Assembly: GCA_011109175.1 (NCBI GenBank)
Contig: RDEW01000042.1
Span: 442,168-475,167, forward strand
DNA from: Dicyema japonicum
Lineage: Eukaryota > Animalia > Dicyemida
DNA length: 33,000 nucleotides
Reading direction: 5' to 3'
The translations under genes and the position numbers were made by a program. The notes below the pieces were generated by a model. It was not told where the DNA came from. It searched no databases and worked only from the letters and a program-made list of their open reading frames with translations. The first letter of the stretch is position 1. Every line of letters begins with the position of its first letter. Below, piece by piece: positions 1 to 12,365 of this stretch.

Positions 1-708
1 ATACAGGGGTAAAAATACTCTTTTGGAACATTTTTCTCAATTAAAATTAAATGATATACAATCATAGTGATAATTATATAAAATTGAAATTAATTGACAA
101 CAAATCCATATATACTTTGTCTTCTCTACATCATCAGTATTTAATCCTACAACCATCACTATAGTAGATCTTATACATCCAGGGGGTCTTAAATGCGACT
201 ACCACCAAATGTATGACAAATTAAACTACCCTCTCGAATTCCCCCATAAGACAATACCTAATTATATAACACGGACAACCTTATTTATTCCATGTAATCT
301 CTACCATCAAAGTCTTCTATTTACAGAACTTTTACACTGAATCACTACGATGCACTTCTTTGTCTTTTTATTAGATTTTGACCAAAATAAGCACAAAAAA
401 CTGTAATATGAGTGAGATTACTCATTAATATGTCAGTCACCACCTAACTATAAACACTAGGGTAAGTTAATATTCATTATTGAGAATATATTGACATTTG
501 ACTCCTCATTGACATCTGGAGTGAATTTACTCATCACAACTATCAATCGCTGCACTTTTCCTTCTGACTCATCACAACTGTCATCCAATCATTTTACTCT
601 CTAGGGTGCCAACTATCCTTATGGGACACACTAAGACAACATCATTATGAATGGAATCTCAGAAACAATACAGTCATACTCAACATTGTCCTCTATACTC
701 TCTTTTCC

Positions 709-817
709 AAAACTATCTTCCATAGTCTCTTCCAATATAAAATCCCTCTCAAAATTATCTTTTATAGTCTCCTCCAATATATAATTCCAATGCTATCTTC
801 TATAGCCCTTCTCAATG
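709..817. repeat. Degenerate 38-42-bp tandem repeat
   Basis: TATCTTxxATAGxCxCxTCCAAT-like core three times (units start 709, 751, 789); the minus frame reads LEETIKDNFERDFILEETMEDSF. Confidence 0.55.
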
Positions 818-1954
818 GGGTCGCTATACAAAAATTGATCTTTATTAACCTCTCAGATGCCGCTCCTCCTCAAACATTACCCTGAAGTCATGTAGATTTC
901 TTCACGGACATTGTTAAGATAACTTAGGTGGATAAAAATCAATTGGACAAAAAGACATGTGATAATCAAACATAATTGGAAAATGTGATTTATCATTTTT
1001 TTCTCTTATTTGTTCAATATATACAAACTTTCTATAAGTTGTAACTTTTTTGATTACCATGTTATGGTCTCCTAATTTCATCACGACTTTTGTTTTTGTA
1101 ATATATAAATTCGAATATTAGTTCTAAATAGTATAAATGAGATTACAATAAAAGGACTGTTATCTCGAGGATCTATTATTTTATTGGAGGTTTCATGACA
1201 GTCAACACATGTACTTTACAAATTAAAAGTAGTTATTCATCATCAGTAATACCTGTTAATATTAGTTACTGTCACGAAGTATAAGGTTGTGTGTCCTAAC
1301 TTACTTTCTCTTTAATGCCTTTTTGCAACACCCTGTTATAAATCATCACGACAGAAAAGTAATGTCTGCAATTTATTATTTTATTAATTATTTTTATTTA
1401 TTTAATATTAATTATTCATGACCAAACATTGTTCTGAAGTGCGAGAAAAGGATCAATGTATTAAAATGTTTATCTAGAATATGGAAGACAGGTACCAGAT
1501 GTTTTTTTTTATTATCAGATGTTTTTTTTTATTTATAATATTGTGCTTTCCGATGTCTCCTGAGTCCATTAAAGATGATAACAGGTTATTTCCATTTTGA
1601 AAAGACTGAGACATTAAATGTAATAGAGCTACGTAATAGTGCACCGGAGATATGAGTGGAACACAGCCTTTATAAGTATCACGTGCGTCCACATTCGCCA
1701 TTGTGGGAGTCAATCCATTTGAGTATGGAAAGGATCCTTTTTGACTCCCTTATCTACTTGTAGGGTTCCATATATAGATAATCCACAGAGATACCATCAG
1801 CTAGCATTTTTTGTTTCCCTTAGTTTAGTAAAAACATGATCCCGTACGATCAAGCGAATGAATAAGTCTGAACAGATAGGCTATTCCCTCTCAATTGTGA
1901 GCAATAATCTAAAGTTTTAATATAACTACTTCACGTTAGAAGACGGTGGACGTA

Positions 1955-2244
1955 CAGTAAACTTTCTCAAATTTGCCATTTTTACAGTAACTCTCCAAAA
2001 ATTTGCCAGCATTTTTTGCGGCAAATTTCAAATTTTAATCAATAATTTTATAACAGTTATTAGAAACTTCTCATCGATGAAAATAACAATTAAACAAATG
2101 TCAGTTGAGGAAGCCTGCTGAAAATAGCTGTATTTGATTTTATTAAGAAAACTTTAAAAATGAAGTATTAAATTATATCAAAATAAAATTCAATTTCCAA
2201 AAATAATTCAGGAACAATTTTGGGCCAATTTAAGGGACTTACTG
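1955..2244. mobile_element. Tc1/pogo-type MITE with duplicated left end
   Basis: TA+CAGTAAACTTTCTCAAATTTGCC at 1953 and TA+CAGTAACTCTCCAAAAATTTGCC at 1983; right end GGCCAATTTAAGGGACTTACTG+TA (to 2246). TA TSD and CAGT termini are typical of Tc1/pogo. Confidence 0.55.
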
Positions 2245-3679
2245 TACTAATAGTAGGAGAAATATTTCAACTCTTGGTGATCAAATTTGGATTTTACAAA
2301 ACATCCCAGCAAAATTGCATAAAAAACTTGTAGACAAGTCGCCCAAATGTTATCTTTCATAATAACCACCAGATCACTTAATTAGTATAGTAACGATGAG
2401 ATTTTGACGTATTTCTACTGAGCAAAAAATATCTACTTTATTGTGAGAATGAAGAACTTTGTCTTTCCTCCCATTTTGAATGTTGATAAGGAGACGAACT
2501 TTGGAGACATTAAAGTCCGACGAAGTACTTGAGAGTAACACATTAATATTATGATGGAGTTATTTGAAATTAGTGAGTTTTTGTTGGTGTCTTTGAACAA
2601 TTTACTGAGACACAAGTGTGTCCAAGTGCCAGAAGGACTCTTACCCTCACGGGTGGGTTCTGGTTAACAAGAGCTGCTACTTATATATGTTGTCACATTT
2701 TGACTACTTAGGAAATGTCTTTGGAAACAGGTCACTAACCAGGTTGAACCGAGTTGGATCGATTATTGTGAGGACGAAGGGGGTAAACGTTTCGTCCATT
2801 TAACAATTCATGTGTATGTCTACAAGGCTCTATATTATACATGGCCCTTAGAGGTGATTTCCACTTGTCCTTCCCGCCTTTGCAGAGCTATAATTATTAT
2901 GACTCACGAAAGTGCTGTGATTTTTAAATTTCTATTTATCTTATAATAATTTAATATTTCACAATTTTAATTTTACTATTAAAAACAAAAAAATTAATTT
3001 CCTCCATACAAATATTTACTCTGTGATTTACAAAATCTCCCTTCCCGTGATCGAGTTGAGATTCATTAATTCTGTTAGTGAGATGAATATATTTACGCTT
3101 TAGATAACCTATCCATAACCGAACTCTGATAAGGTCCAATACAGAATATGCTTTTTATGAATATACTCGAATTAGCGTCTAATTTGATCATCTTAGCAAA
3201 GCTTGATTCAAGACTGAGGATTATGATTTCATGGAATATAAAAAGTCGACACTGTCCTTTGTGAGTGACCTAGCATGTACGTCCTAAGCTTGGTCGCAAT
3301 GTTGGTCATCGATATTCCGTGTAAATATTCTTCAAAATATTGACTTTTATTTATTATAACGTCAACTTGGCATAATTTACAATATTTTTCAGATATTTTT
3401 ATTTTTGAGACGATATATGCGTATAACGTTTCTTTAGCTCCAAGTTTCAGATTTGGTAGTCAGTCGATATCACACAAGTCCAGTGATAGGGACGAAAACG
3501 CAATCCCTTACACCTGTGAGAACCCTTCCAATGCAATGGGGGAAAAATTATAATTCTTTGAGCCATTCTACACTGCCCAACACATGAAATATAAGATTTC
3601 ACAGCATCAACGTAAAGAGAGAGAAGAAAAGCAATTCGATCAAGTATCTAGTGGGAGAGTCAAACACAAGTAGCGATCG

Positions 3680-4480
3680 GGTGAATCGAATCCTTGAAGT
3701 ATTGTTAAAGCACCCTAGGCACTAATGAAATCAAAAAAATATTTATTCATACAAAAATAAAATATCACAAAACTCGAGAACACATTAAAGTGATGCGAAA
3801 CCCAGTCGGAATTTCACAAACAGGCAGAATACAATCATTCACTATATTCCAAAATTTCAAAGCCCCATCTGACCAACAGCTCAACAACAAATCATTCCCC
3901 TCAAAACTCCGAAACAACAACCCCTTGAATCTGATTTGATATATACAATAGAACCTTCCAACATGAGCTGTATGTGTGGACAACAACACAGTGTCCAAAG
4001 TGTCCAGGCATTTATAAACGAACAACTCCCCACAAGAGAGACCAACATCGAGAAACAATTATCCTAAAGTAGACTTACCACTAAAACCAACATCATAGTC
4101 GTTTGACTGGGACATTTGATTCACTTTCGCCATAATTTCTGACGTTCAATGGTTGAGACTGGTAATGCTAGAGTTTGTAAAGTGAAGAATAGGGAGACTT
4201 GTATTGGATCGCATTCTCGGAGCTGCCGAAATTCCTCTGGTGTTTTCATTAGTCCAATTATGCGAATCCTACAACTTATTTAATATGAATACTGCTTTGA
4301 TCATCCATCAATACAAAACTACTGGGTTTGTTAAGTAAGGACAACAATGGGGACCTGATCAAAATATTCAACCATCGACTATATCTTGTGTAAAAGTAAC
4401 AAAACTTTTTACGAAACTCGAGATCTTGTGATGACCTCGAACGTCCAGTGATCACAAACTAGTCATCACTCGCTTCTCTT
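3680..4480 (-). pseudogene. Decayed host gene fragment with WD40-like repeat
   Basis: ORF 3765-4058 reads VGLSCGELFVY...THTAHVGRFYCI...LLLSCWSDGALKFWNI (GH/WD-like ends). Upstream frames are protein-like but carry stops. Tiny intron candidates at 4385-4412, 4269-4292 and 3722-3752. Confidence 0.55.
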
Positions 4481-4499
4481 TAGGGACTATGTATAAACA

Positions 4500-4940
4500 T
4501 GCGAGACGTGGAAACCCAGAGCTCGAAAGATTTTATATAGAACAAAGATGAAAAAGTACGCCGAAAAACTCAGAGAGGCGTTGAAGTCCACTGAAGAATA
4601 CCATGGCTTTGATTTTGGGCACTCCTCGCAAAAATAGTCACAAATTCTTATCACCTGACAGGTGATTCAGAGAAGGAAGGTCTACCGCTGACGTCGTCTG
4701 GACACACAGATGGTCTGGAACTTATCGTCAAAAATACAAGATGTATAGAAATTCTTGGGATCGACATGTCTCGTGCATTCATTCTGTCACAGAGGGCGCA
4801 GGGCGTTGACGCTCCCAAGGGGAGGGAAGACGAGGGCCTTCACCCGTCATGGACAAACTAATCATTTTACGCATGGAAATGCGTCAAAACTCATCGGTAC
4901 TCTACCAATTAAGCGATTCCGGTGTTGTGATAGAAGATAA
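4500..4940 (+). mobile_element. Internally deleted RTE-like RT remnant
   Basis: FLSP..*FREGRSTADVVWTHRW (4666-4713) and IEILGIDMSRAF (to 4780), then an abrupt jump to RGRRALTLP, which resembles the RGRP.TTLP C-terminal motif of RTE-like ORF2. Confidence 0.72.
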
Positions 4941-5374
4941 CATTTGAGCGACTTGTCTACCAGTTTTTTCATGCAATTTTTCTTTTCACACACTTTCATA
5001 GTTTATTTGTGTTAATTTGAACTGAAATTATTTTACAGACCGATAGTAAACCAAATTAACTAATCCGTGACCTTGAAGTGTTCCAGTCGACACCTCGTCT
5101 AGGGACAGTTGATCGAGAAGACAATGACCGGGAAGCTGAGGTTGAAGCCACTACTCACTAGGGAGCGAAATTGTCTCTGTGGAATGACGAGATAGGTCCT
5201 TTAGAATTCTGGCGATTGTCTGCTACTTAGGCAGATCCGAATACGTCTTAAAGGGAAGGAAGGGAAATCTTTATTCAAGTAACCACATGGCACAACGCGG
5301 CCTAATACAATTACTATGTATTTATTTACCCCCGTCTCTTCAAGTAAAAACAGGTGATAACAAAAACGTTACAG

Positions 5375-5644
5375 ATGAAAGGAATCGCCGATAGATCTGA
5401 CAAGGTATATTTGGTTTGTGAGAACTGATAGGTTAACCCGGACAAGAGAAGAGGTGATCCGTCTACTGATCGTCAAGAGAGTACAATTGGAATAGTGGAG
5501 AGGATGATTGTACAATCCAGTACAGATATGAATGCAAATTCAAGTGATGGAGACAACTTAAGAGCGCCAAGTGGAGGCGAACTTCTCTCGGTAGGGAAGC
5601 AATACTCTAGAAGTTTGTTTATACGAAGACTTCTGATGGCTTAA
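5375..5644 (+). CDS. Candidate small spliced ORF, Ser/Asp-rich, unknown function
   Basis: Exon 5375-5404 (MKGIADRSDK), 27-nt GT-AG intron 5405-5431 with in-frame stops, exon 5432-5644 (70 open codons to TAA). No recognisable domain. Confidence 0.3.
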
Positions 5645-5869
5645 GTAAATATCCAGTTATGAATTGTATTCAGTCGTGACTGAGAAGACTCATTCTCTGG
5701 GATGGTTTGTACAATGATTTTTACTTAAAACAAAAGACTAACAAACTCGGCACTTTTCCTTACTCTTAATGGAATGTCAATCCCCTCAACTAACTCCATC
5801 AAAATTAATGACTATCAGCAAACATGTCATATCCCATACTAATTAAAAAATCAATTCTTTCCAAGAAAC

Positions 5870-6050
5870 AGTACGAGGGACCTACAAAGGTTCTCTTCGC
5901 CACTAATGCCAACTCCCTTCGAGGAACATGTGAGAAGAACGGGAACCCGTTTGAAACCTCTAAATTTCTTAAAAGTGGATCATCCATACAACAAGTGTGT
6001 CGGCTCTCGGGAAGAACACCAAGAAAGGATGAGACGACTGTTTAAGGTGA
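5870..6050 (+). pseudogene. Possible AP-endonuclease N-terminal fragment
   Basis: KVLFATNANSLRG resembles the first APE motif (xNxNSL); the rest is not recognisable. Confidence 0.25.
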
Positions 6051-6759
6051 CTGGGTTCACTTGACGCCCCCATTCCCTTTTTATTTTGTCGGTGATTCTT
6101 GGTTTTAAATAAATTTGATTCTATTTATCAGAGACTAATTGATTTCCACAAAGTATTTCCTCTCTGTTCTTTGCATTCTTCATTTCCCTAGAGGCGTCAT
6201 TATATCTACCTAATCCCCTCCTGGGATTCAAAAAAGATCCCTTTCTTCTTTAATCCAGTGGAGGTGTTCCCATAATGGCGGATACTTGCAAAAAAACTTA
6301 ATGCTTAGAAGATTTTCATTCACCATGAATCTACGTAGACATTTAGTACAACATAAGTACATCACCACTCGAAAAACTTACTCGGTTAACTGGTCTGATT
6401 TCTCTATAAACAAAAGGGAGCCATCGCCTTGAAATCAACCGAAATTCTTTATTTTTAATGACGAAAGAGATATTTTCATAATTTGAAATTTGAAATAAAT
6501 CTCAGTCAGCACGAAAAAGGATCATTTGTTCTCCCCACTCCACTGTAGGGATTTCCACATCTGCAAGTATAGACGTTTTTTACCCTTTATGTTGATTCCG
6601 GATAAAACTCTGTTTCCGTAGAAGTGGAAACTGGATACACTTAATTAGTTGTTTACTTTAACTTTTTTCTCCGGGTTAATAAATAATTTGAATAAAATAA
6701 CTTAACCTAAAAACTATTCAAGTACGTTTTTAAATTAAATTTTTATTTTTTATTTTAAT

Positions 6760-7694
6760 AACCCCGGGAACACCGAGAAAGAAAGACAAAAGAGTCAGAC
6801 AGTTAGGTGATCCCAGTCCTCGCAATCACTTGTGCCATTCGACGTCTGTGATCTCCATCGTCCCCACTACTTTCCAGAAGAGCCTTCTCTCGGTCTTGCA
6901 GAGGAATCCGATCGGGGAGGGGAATTTCTTATCCAATAGGTTTTCTCTTGCCATGGGAAGGATCAGGCGAAGCGGATTTCCATCTTCTTCACAGACGCGA
7001 AGAAATCTGGAGCCACAACTACACATCTTAGCTTTCATGAGTAGTGGGTCGACTGTTGATCCATTACGTGGGCAAAGCATACTGATTGTTTTCCGGTATA
7101 TCGAGTTGATTCTTTGGACCAAAGACTCCAATAGCCCGAATCTCCATGCAACGGAGGCATACTCAATGGCAGGCGCGATTGTTTGTTGGTAGAGGTAGAA
7201 ACGGAAAAGTCCATGTTCCTCGTGGTCCTCCGAACAAGGGCGAGTATAACGTTAACTTTCTGGAAGCCCCTGGTGATCATGTCTGTTGCGTGGGAGTTGA
7301 ATTTGAGAAGGCTGTCGTACTTGACTCCAAGGACAGTGGGGGACCTTGTCACTGGAATCCTAGTGGGACCAATGAAAAGACTCGGTTCATCCTTGGAACG
7401 ACGGTCCGACGTGAATGTGGAACAGATAGACTTGGTTGCAGAAATCGTTAGTCGATTGCCAACAATCCAATCGTGGAAAATGTTCAATTTTGTCTCAGTT
7501 TTAAGGGATGCGACTTGCGTCGAGCGGTTCCGTATTGCAATGACTACATCGTCTGCGTAGGATAATAGCAGGGAATCTTCGTCTCCATCATTAGGTAGGT
7601 CGTGTAGGAATAGGTTGAATAGAATTGGTGAAAGTGGAGACCCCTTGGGTACCCCGTTCGGTAGTAATCGTGATCTAGATCTGAGATCACCATT
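6760..7694 (-). mobile_element. 5'-truncated non-LTR retrotransposon (RT motifs 4-7 and C-terminus)
   Basis: Continuous minus frame from 7694: LLPNGVPKGSPLSPILFNLFLHDL...LLLSYADDVVIA (YADD 7548-7559)...FTSDRRS...VLGVKYDSLLKFNSH, then frameshifted PAIEYASVAW. Confidence 0.9.
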
Positions 7695-8479
7695 TCATAA
7701 TTGAAATCATTTTCGTCTTGGTCGGATTTAGCTAACTAAAAATTTATTGCATCAAAAAGTATGAAATTTGCAAAAATTACTAAAACTGTTTGACCGTCAG
7801 ATAATTTGGATCTCTTATGGATCTGAGGAAATATTCTAATATTAATGATTTGAATTCATGGATTTGGATATTAGTCATATTTAACTTACTATTCTTATTC
7901 GTTTAAAAAATTTGAAGCCGTTAAATTGGCTAAATTAAAATATCATGTTGAAAATACTTTATTTTTTAATTCTTCAAGTTTTTCTAATACTTGGCTGGAC
8001 GGAATAGAATCCGGATCTTAAGTGCACCCGACAATTCCTTTAGAAATTTTGGTTTCCGATGTCTCCGAGTCAATCATCTCTTCCAGGTTCACAGTAAAAA
8101 AGAAGACAATGGTTTTCAGTCGGAGGTGGATTTAATAAAAAAATAATGGCTCTGTTATGGGAGAGCCCAGAGCACTAAGTAAAAATAATCCATGGTCTGA
8201 AATCTTGTGCTAAGCGGTCAAACAGCCTTTTCTGATTGCGGTCAAAGAAGTCGATATCTTCATTATAAACGAGAAAAAGATCAATTTTTGAAAAACCATA
8301 AGATAATTTTTGTTCTACAGATATGATCTAGAGACGTGAAATCTAAGTCTTTGGATATCCCTAATTTGAATTTGTTGTAATAGACGTTCAAACAAAATGG
8401 ATGAGTCGTAATTGGCGGCTCTGCAGCAAATGATTCGAGAAATGAAAAAAAGATGTCGGAGTCTGCAAAAATCTGATTC

Positions 8480-9125
8480 TATGCGGCAACCCAAGCATGA
8501 AACAAGTGGCGCAGCGCTATCAAAAAGAGATTTGAAAGTGTAACAACAGTCCTGGGAATAGACTTCTCTAGGGCCTTTGACACAGTCCGCCGTTGTCTAC
8601 TTATCAGGATACTGGAACAATTCTTGGACCTTGGTTCTGTCATTATGATCAGAGTGTTGCTAGCTAGCACGAAGATCAGAGTGCGGGTCGCTAAGACGTT
8701 TTCCCGTGAATTTACGTGCAATGTTGGTACTCACAACAAGATCTTCGGAAGTTCTATGATGGCAACATCGTCGAAATTGCTTACGCGACGACGTCGCCTT
8801 TGTGTCAGAAGACAAATTGACCCTACTTCGAATCCTCGAGGTGGCAACTGCTGAGCTGAACCGATGATTCCTTGGAATGAAGACAGCAAATTCCGACATT
8901 GTGGTAATCATGAGAATGGAAAGCAGATCAAGTGAAACATGGCGAAGAACAAACAAACTTGGCTCTATATCTGGAGACAGTCAAAATATTACCAAAAGGA
9001 AGGCCCTCGCTTGGGTAAAGATGAACAAGTTGAAGAAAGAATTGATTGGAAAACGACGATTCTGCACTTCACTTCGTTTGAGATTGTATGAAGTTTTTGT
9101 CAAACCGATCCTAATATACAATTAT
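8480..9125 (+). mobile_element. RTE-like non-LTR RT remnant
   Basis: TVLGIDFSRAFDTVRR, MIRVLL...F...VG, YA/DD with a 1-nt deletion at 8782-8792, WRRTNKLGS..GD...RKALA..KM, RLRLYEVFVKPILIYN. Confidence 0.85.
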
Positions 9126-9540
9126 TTAGAATACCTAAATAACAAAAATTTTTCAATAAATGCTTCCTACTTAAGAATAGATTTTTGATCCAGTCTTTAT
9201 CAAAATTTTCAGGAAACTATTTAATAATGTTTTCATGTATGCTTTTAGATGATCTTTGATGTTTTAAAGTACAACTGAATACAATATAGTCCTTGAATGA
9301 TGGAGTTTTTCCTGTAAAAACGAAAACAAACGATTTCCTTTGATAAACAGATGTCAGCCAAATCTTTATTTTAATATGAACACTTCATTGGTAAATGTCT
9401 CACAGAAGCAATAGGGTATCTGACATTATTGGCTTGCATATTATACAATTTGCAGTTTCCGGTATATCTACTCTGTATTTTGAACAGAGCCTAAAAATAT
9501 AACGTGCTAATTTTTTAATTAAAATGTTTATTTTTATTAA

Positions 9541-9568
9541 ATTGCGGAACCCAGGTTAGGAACCACTG
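9541..9568 (-). mobile_element. Solo hAT-like terminal inverted repeat
   Basis: Reverse complement CAGTGGTTCCTAACCTGGGTTCCGCAAT, followed on plus by CTCTAAGG, resembles Charlie-type hAT ends and target sites. Partner end not found. Confidence 0.5.
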
Positions 9569-9839
9569 CTCTAAGGGAACATCTTACGTTGTATTTCGAT
9601 TGATTTCGGAGACATTTCAATTGATTAAATTAGCAAAGGACTCAATTTAGAGATTATCCGATCGATCTTTACTGAGTACATCAAACTGTCCCTGTGTACT
9701 TTCGAACATATGTTATACGAAATAAATATTATTTTATTAAGTCATTAAAAATCAGTCTTCAACAATATTAGAAGATATTTCTTCATTAACGGATGTCTTA
9801 ATCTAAAATTAGTACATCACTAAACTTTATCAGATATTT

Positions 9840-10090
9840 TTTTAATAAGATATTTCATCTATGTTTTGTTCCCTATCAGCCTAGATTTTTTCTTCTTTAT
9901 ATTTGCTAAAAAAACATCGCTTTCCATTGGAACTATTCCAGCATCTCCAATTCAGTAGTGGAAATACTTTTCTTTTGGAACTGAAAATTTGAATCTTCCT
10001 CATTAAACGAAAGCTACTCTTTTTCTTCTTCAAATTTCTCTTGATGTGGGACGGACTGTAATTTCTTATATATTTATTCCTGTTCATAAT
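9840..10090 (-). pseudogene. Possible Tc1/IS630-like transposase fragment (HTH to first Asp)
   Basis: YSPSHIKRNLKKKKSSFRLMRK...WNSSNGKR...NIDE resembles the S.STI.R.LK...RN...FIDE pattern. Confidence 0.35.
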
Positions 10091-11020
10091 CGAGGACTCC
10101 TAAATAGGTTATTAGAGAAGTCACTGAAATTAATTCGTAACTTAACTCTTCTTCCTCAATTTTGCGATTTTCTAAATTTTCAAATTCCTAAATAAAGCAT
10201 GCCAAATACTGAATTTATAAAATAATAGATTTTGATCAAGAATTTCAAAATTCTCTGAAAAACTGAATAATTTCGTTACCTCGGTACTACGATGATGAAA
10301 TCAGACTAAGAAAATTGAGTGATAAAACTGGCTTTGAAATTTTGACATCCGAAAAACCGAAACATTACTCGCACTACGGGGGATACATGTTTGAGGTGTT
10401 CCTGGTGTCACCACTGCTCTACACTTATGTAGAGAAGCCGATGATCATGTGGGACATCGGGAGTAACCATGTACCTCAAGAGATGTTATTGAACCTAGCT
10501 CCAGCTTGTTCAACCCGTTTTCGTCTAGAAGACTGTTGTCTTGGCTTATAAGTTGCTAGAATTTCAAAAATTAAAAATTATTATTTAATTTAATAAAAAT
10601 TAATTAACAGGGATATGAGTCGTGGTTATACTATGAGAAAACACACGTCTTTTTGTTAAAAACCCAGGTTACTTCATACGTAAAAAGGTCTTTATAATCC
10701 TAGTCTCATTTACTGTCAATACTTCCATTAAAGTTGGACAGAAAACAGGACATTGTGGAAAGTCATTAGGTAGGTGTCTGTAATTTGAGTGTGTAGACAT
10801 AATAGTCCATGACGGTCATAGAGGAAAGAAAGTAGCCGTCTTTACTCGAAACGGGATTTCCTCACTCAGTTAAGATAAGTTTGCATTTATGGATTGTAGA
10901 ATACTAAAGAAGTTGCCGACTTAAGAGCATGTGGTCTCCTACAACGGAGGCCTTTAGGTGGTAAGAAGACGGTCGATCTTTTCATAGTGAAACGTAAGTT
11001 AGCTTAGTCCCGTAGGCATA

Positions 11021-11063
11021 TGTCACATGGGCGGCGCGTAACGCATGGGCAGCCTGTTACATT
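11021..11063 (+). repeat. Left TIR of the Ginger-like element
   Basis: Starts TGT, contains CATGGGC twice, pairs with 12602-12644. Confidence 0.88.
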
Positions 11064-11352
11064 TTTTCGACCTTGAAAAGGTCTTTTAATCCGACATTTA
11101 ATTTGGTATATCCGATTTATATCGTGATTTAATCCTGTTAAATTAGTTTTTTATTCATAAATATTATGATTATAAAGATTTTATTATTTTATAGCGGTAA
11201 ACCTAGATTTCTAGCGTGATTAGCATGGAAGATTATTTTGTTGCAATGGCTTCTTACAAGGGTTTTGTGAAAGATTGCGTTGAATATCTTCCGAGGCACC
11301 GAAAATATAGGCTTGTAAAGAAGATAGAGAATTTTTCCATTATCAATGACAG

Positions 11353-11378
11353 GTATTGTAAATTTGCAATAATTTTAG
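11353..11378 (+). other. 26-nt GT-AG intron in the transposase N-terminus
   Basis: GTATTGTAAATTTGCAATAATTTTAG; removal gives FSIINDRLY, but a further 1-nt frameshift is needed just downstream. Confidence 0.6.
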
Positions 11379-11594
11379 ACTGTATATCTTAAATCAACTG
11401 ATTCCAAGTTAGTCATATCCCTGGATAATGAAACCGAAATGGAGCATGTTGAGAAATCGTTGCACGAGTTTTCACACGGAGGAGTCAATAAAATTGAGTA
11501 TGAATGTCGACAAAGATACTTTACTGTAAAGAATGAGATTATCAGAAAAGTCATTCGAAATTGTGAAGTCCACAAATTTTCGCGTCCTTTAAAA

Positions 11595-11618
11595 GTTCGT
11601 GATTTTTTATAACTGTAG
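11595..11618 (+). other. 24-nt GT-AG intron in the transposase
   Basis: GTTCGTGATTTTTTATAACTGTAG contains in-frame TAA and TAG; removal joins ...RPLK to IGDINHHVFAASPNERFQVDL. Confidence 0.75.
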
Positions 11619-11756
11619 ATTGGAGATATAAATCACCATGTGTTTGCTGCTTCACCAAATGAACGTTTTCAGGTAGATCTAATAGACCTGAAAAAAAATT
11701 ACAACATTAAATGAAAATTTCAAATGGATTTTAACGGTCATTGACATATATAGTAG

Positions 11757-11779
11757 GTTGGTTTTTTTTTAATTTATAG
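11757..11779 (+). other. 23-nt GT-AG intron in the transposase
   Basis: GTTGGTTTTTTTTTAATTTATAG. Removal joins VIDIYSR to FAFVRPL, the canonical integrase motif, in the frame of ORF 11844. Unspliced reading hits TAA and shifts frame. Confidence 0.85.
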
Positions 11780-12365
11780 ATTCGCTTTTGTACGACCACT
11801 CTATAATAAGTCTGGTAAAGAAGTATGTGAAAACTTAAGATCTTTGTTCCGCCTGAATGGGCCATTTAAATTTCTTCAGTCGGACAATGTTTCTGAATTT
11901 AAAAATCAAGAAATAACAAAACTTTGTGAAGATTTTAACATTAAGCAAATTCACGGAAGGCCTAACAATCCACGAGCACAAGGAATTGTCGAAAGATTTA
12001 ATCAGACGATCACGAAGAAGTTGTCAAGAATGCTGGATAACAGTGAAAAAAGTGGCTTGATAAATTAGAAAGTGCTGTCTACAGTTACAACATATCGGTC
12101 CATTCATTTTTTAACGAAAGTCCTTTTTAAAGATATCGAGGAATTAAGGGAATAAATTCAATAATTAATGGTTATACTTACATCACATTATTGAAAATTC
12201 ACGTAGTTTGATTTAAAAAATTTATATCTAGATAACTTGTGTCCGAATGCGAAGAGATTCAAATGTGAAATTAAATCGATTGAAGAAAATTCAAATTATT
12301 ACAAAGCTATGAACAGGAAAGAGAATGTTCATAATAGTAAATATACTTTCAACATGGGAGATAAA

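Noticed and set aside
2618-2803. C-type-lectin-like start (YPHGWVLVNKSCYLY)
   Set aside because: Only the first motif resembles a CTLD; the WIGL-type motif and downstream cysteines are absent.
4064-4078. 15-nt intron candidate GTAAGTCTACTTTAG on minus
   Set aside because: Splicing keeps the frame but leaves the following TAA stop, so it does not repair the model and cannot be supported.
6200-6500. Possible Tc1-like transposase on minus (GDVLML..., KYPPLWEHLHWIK)
   Set aside because: The catalytic residues are not preserved and several frame changes are needed.
6830-7560. Plus-strand ORFs 6830-7192, 7146-7451 and 7183-7560
   Set aside because: Antisense shadows of the minus-strand RT.
1547-8071. 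Shared 19-20-nt string TTTCCGATGTCTCC(T)GAGTC at 1547 and 8053
   Set aside because: I could not extend the similarity on either side; too short to call a repeat family.
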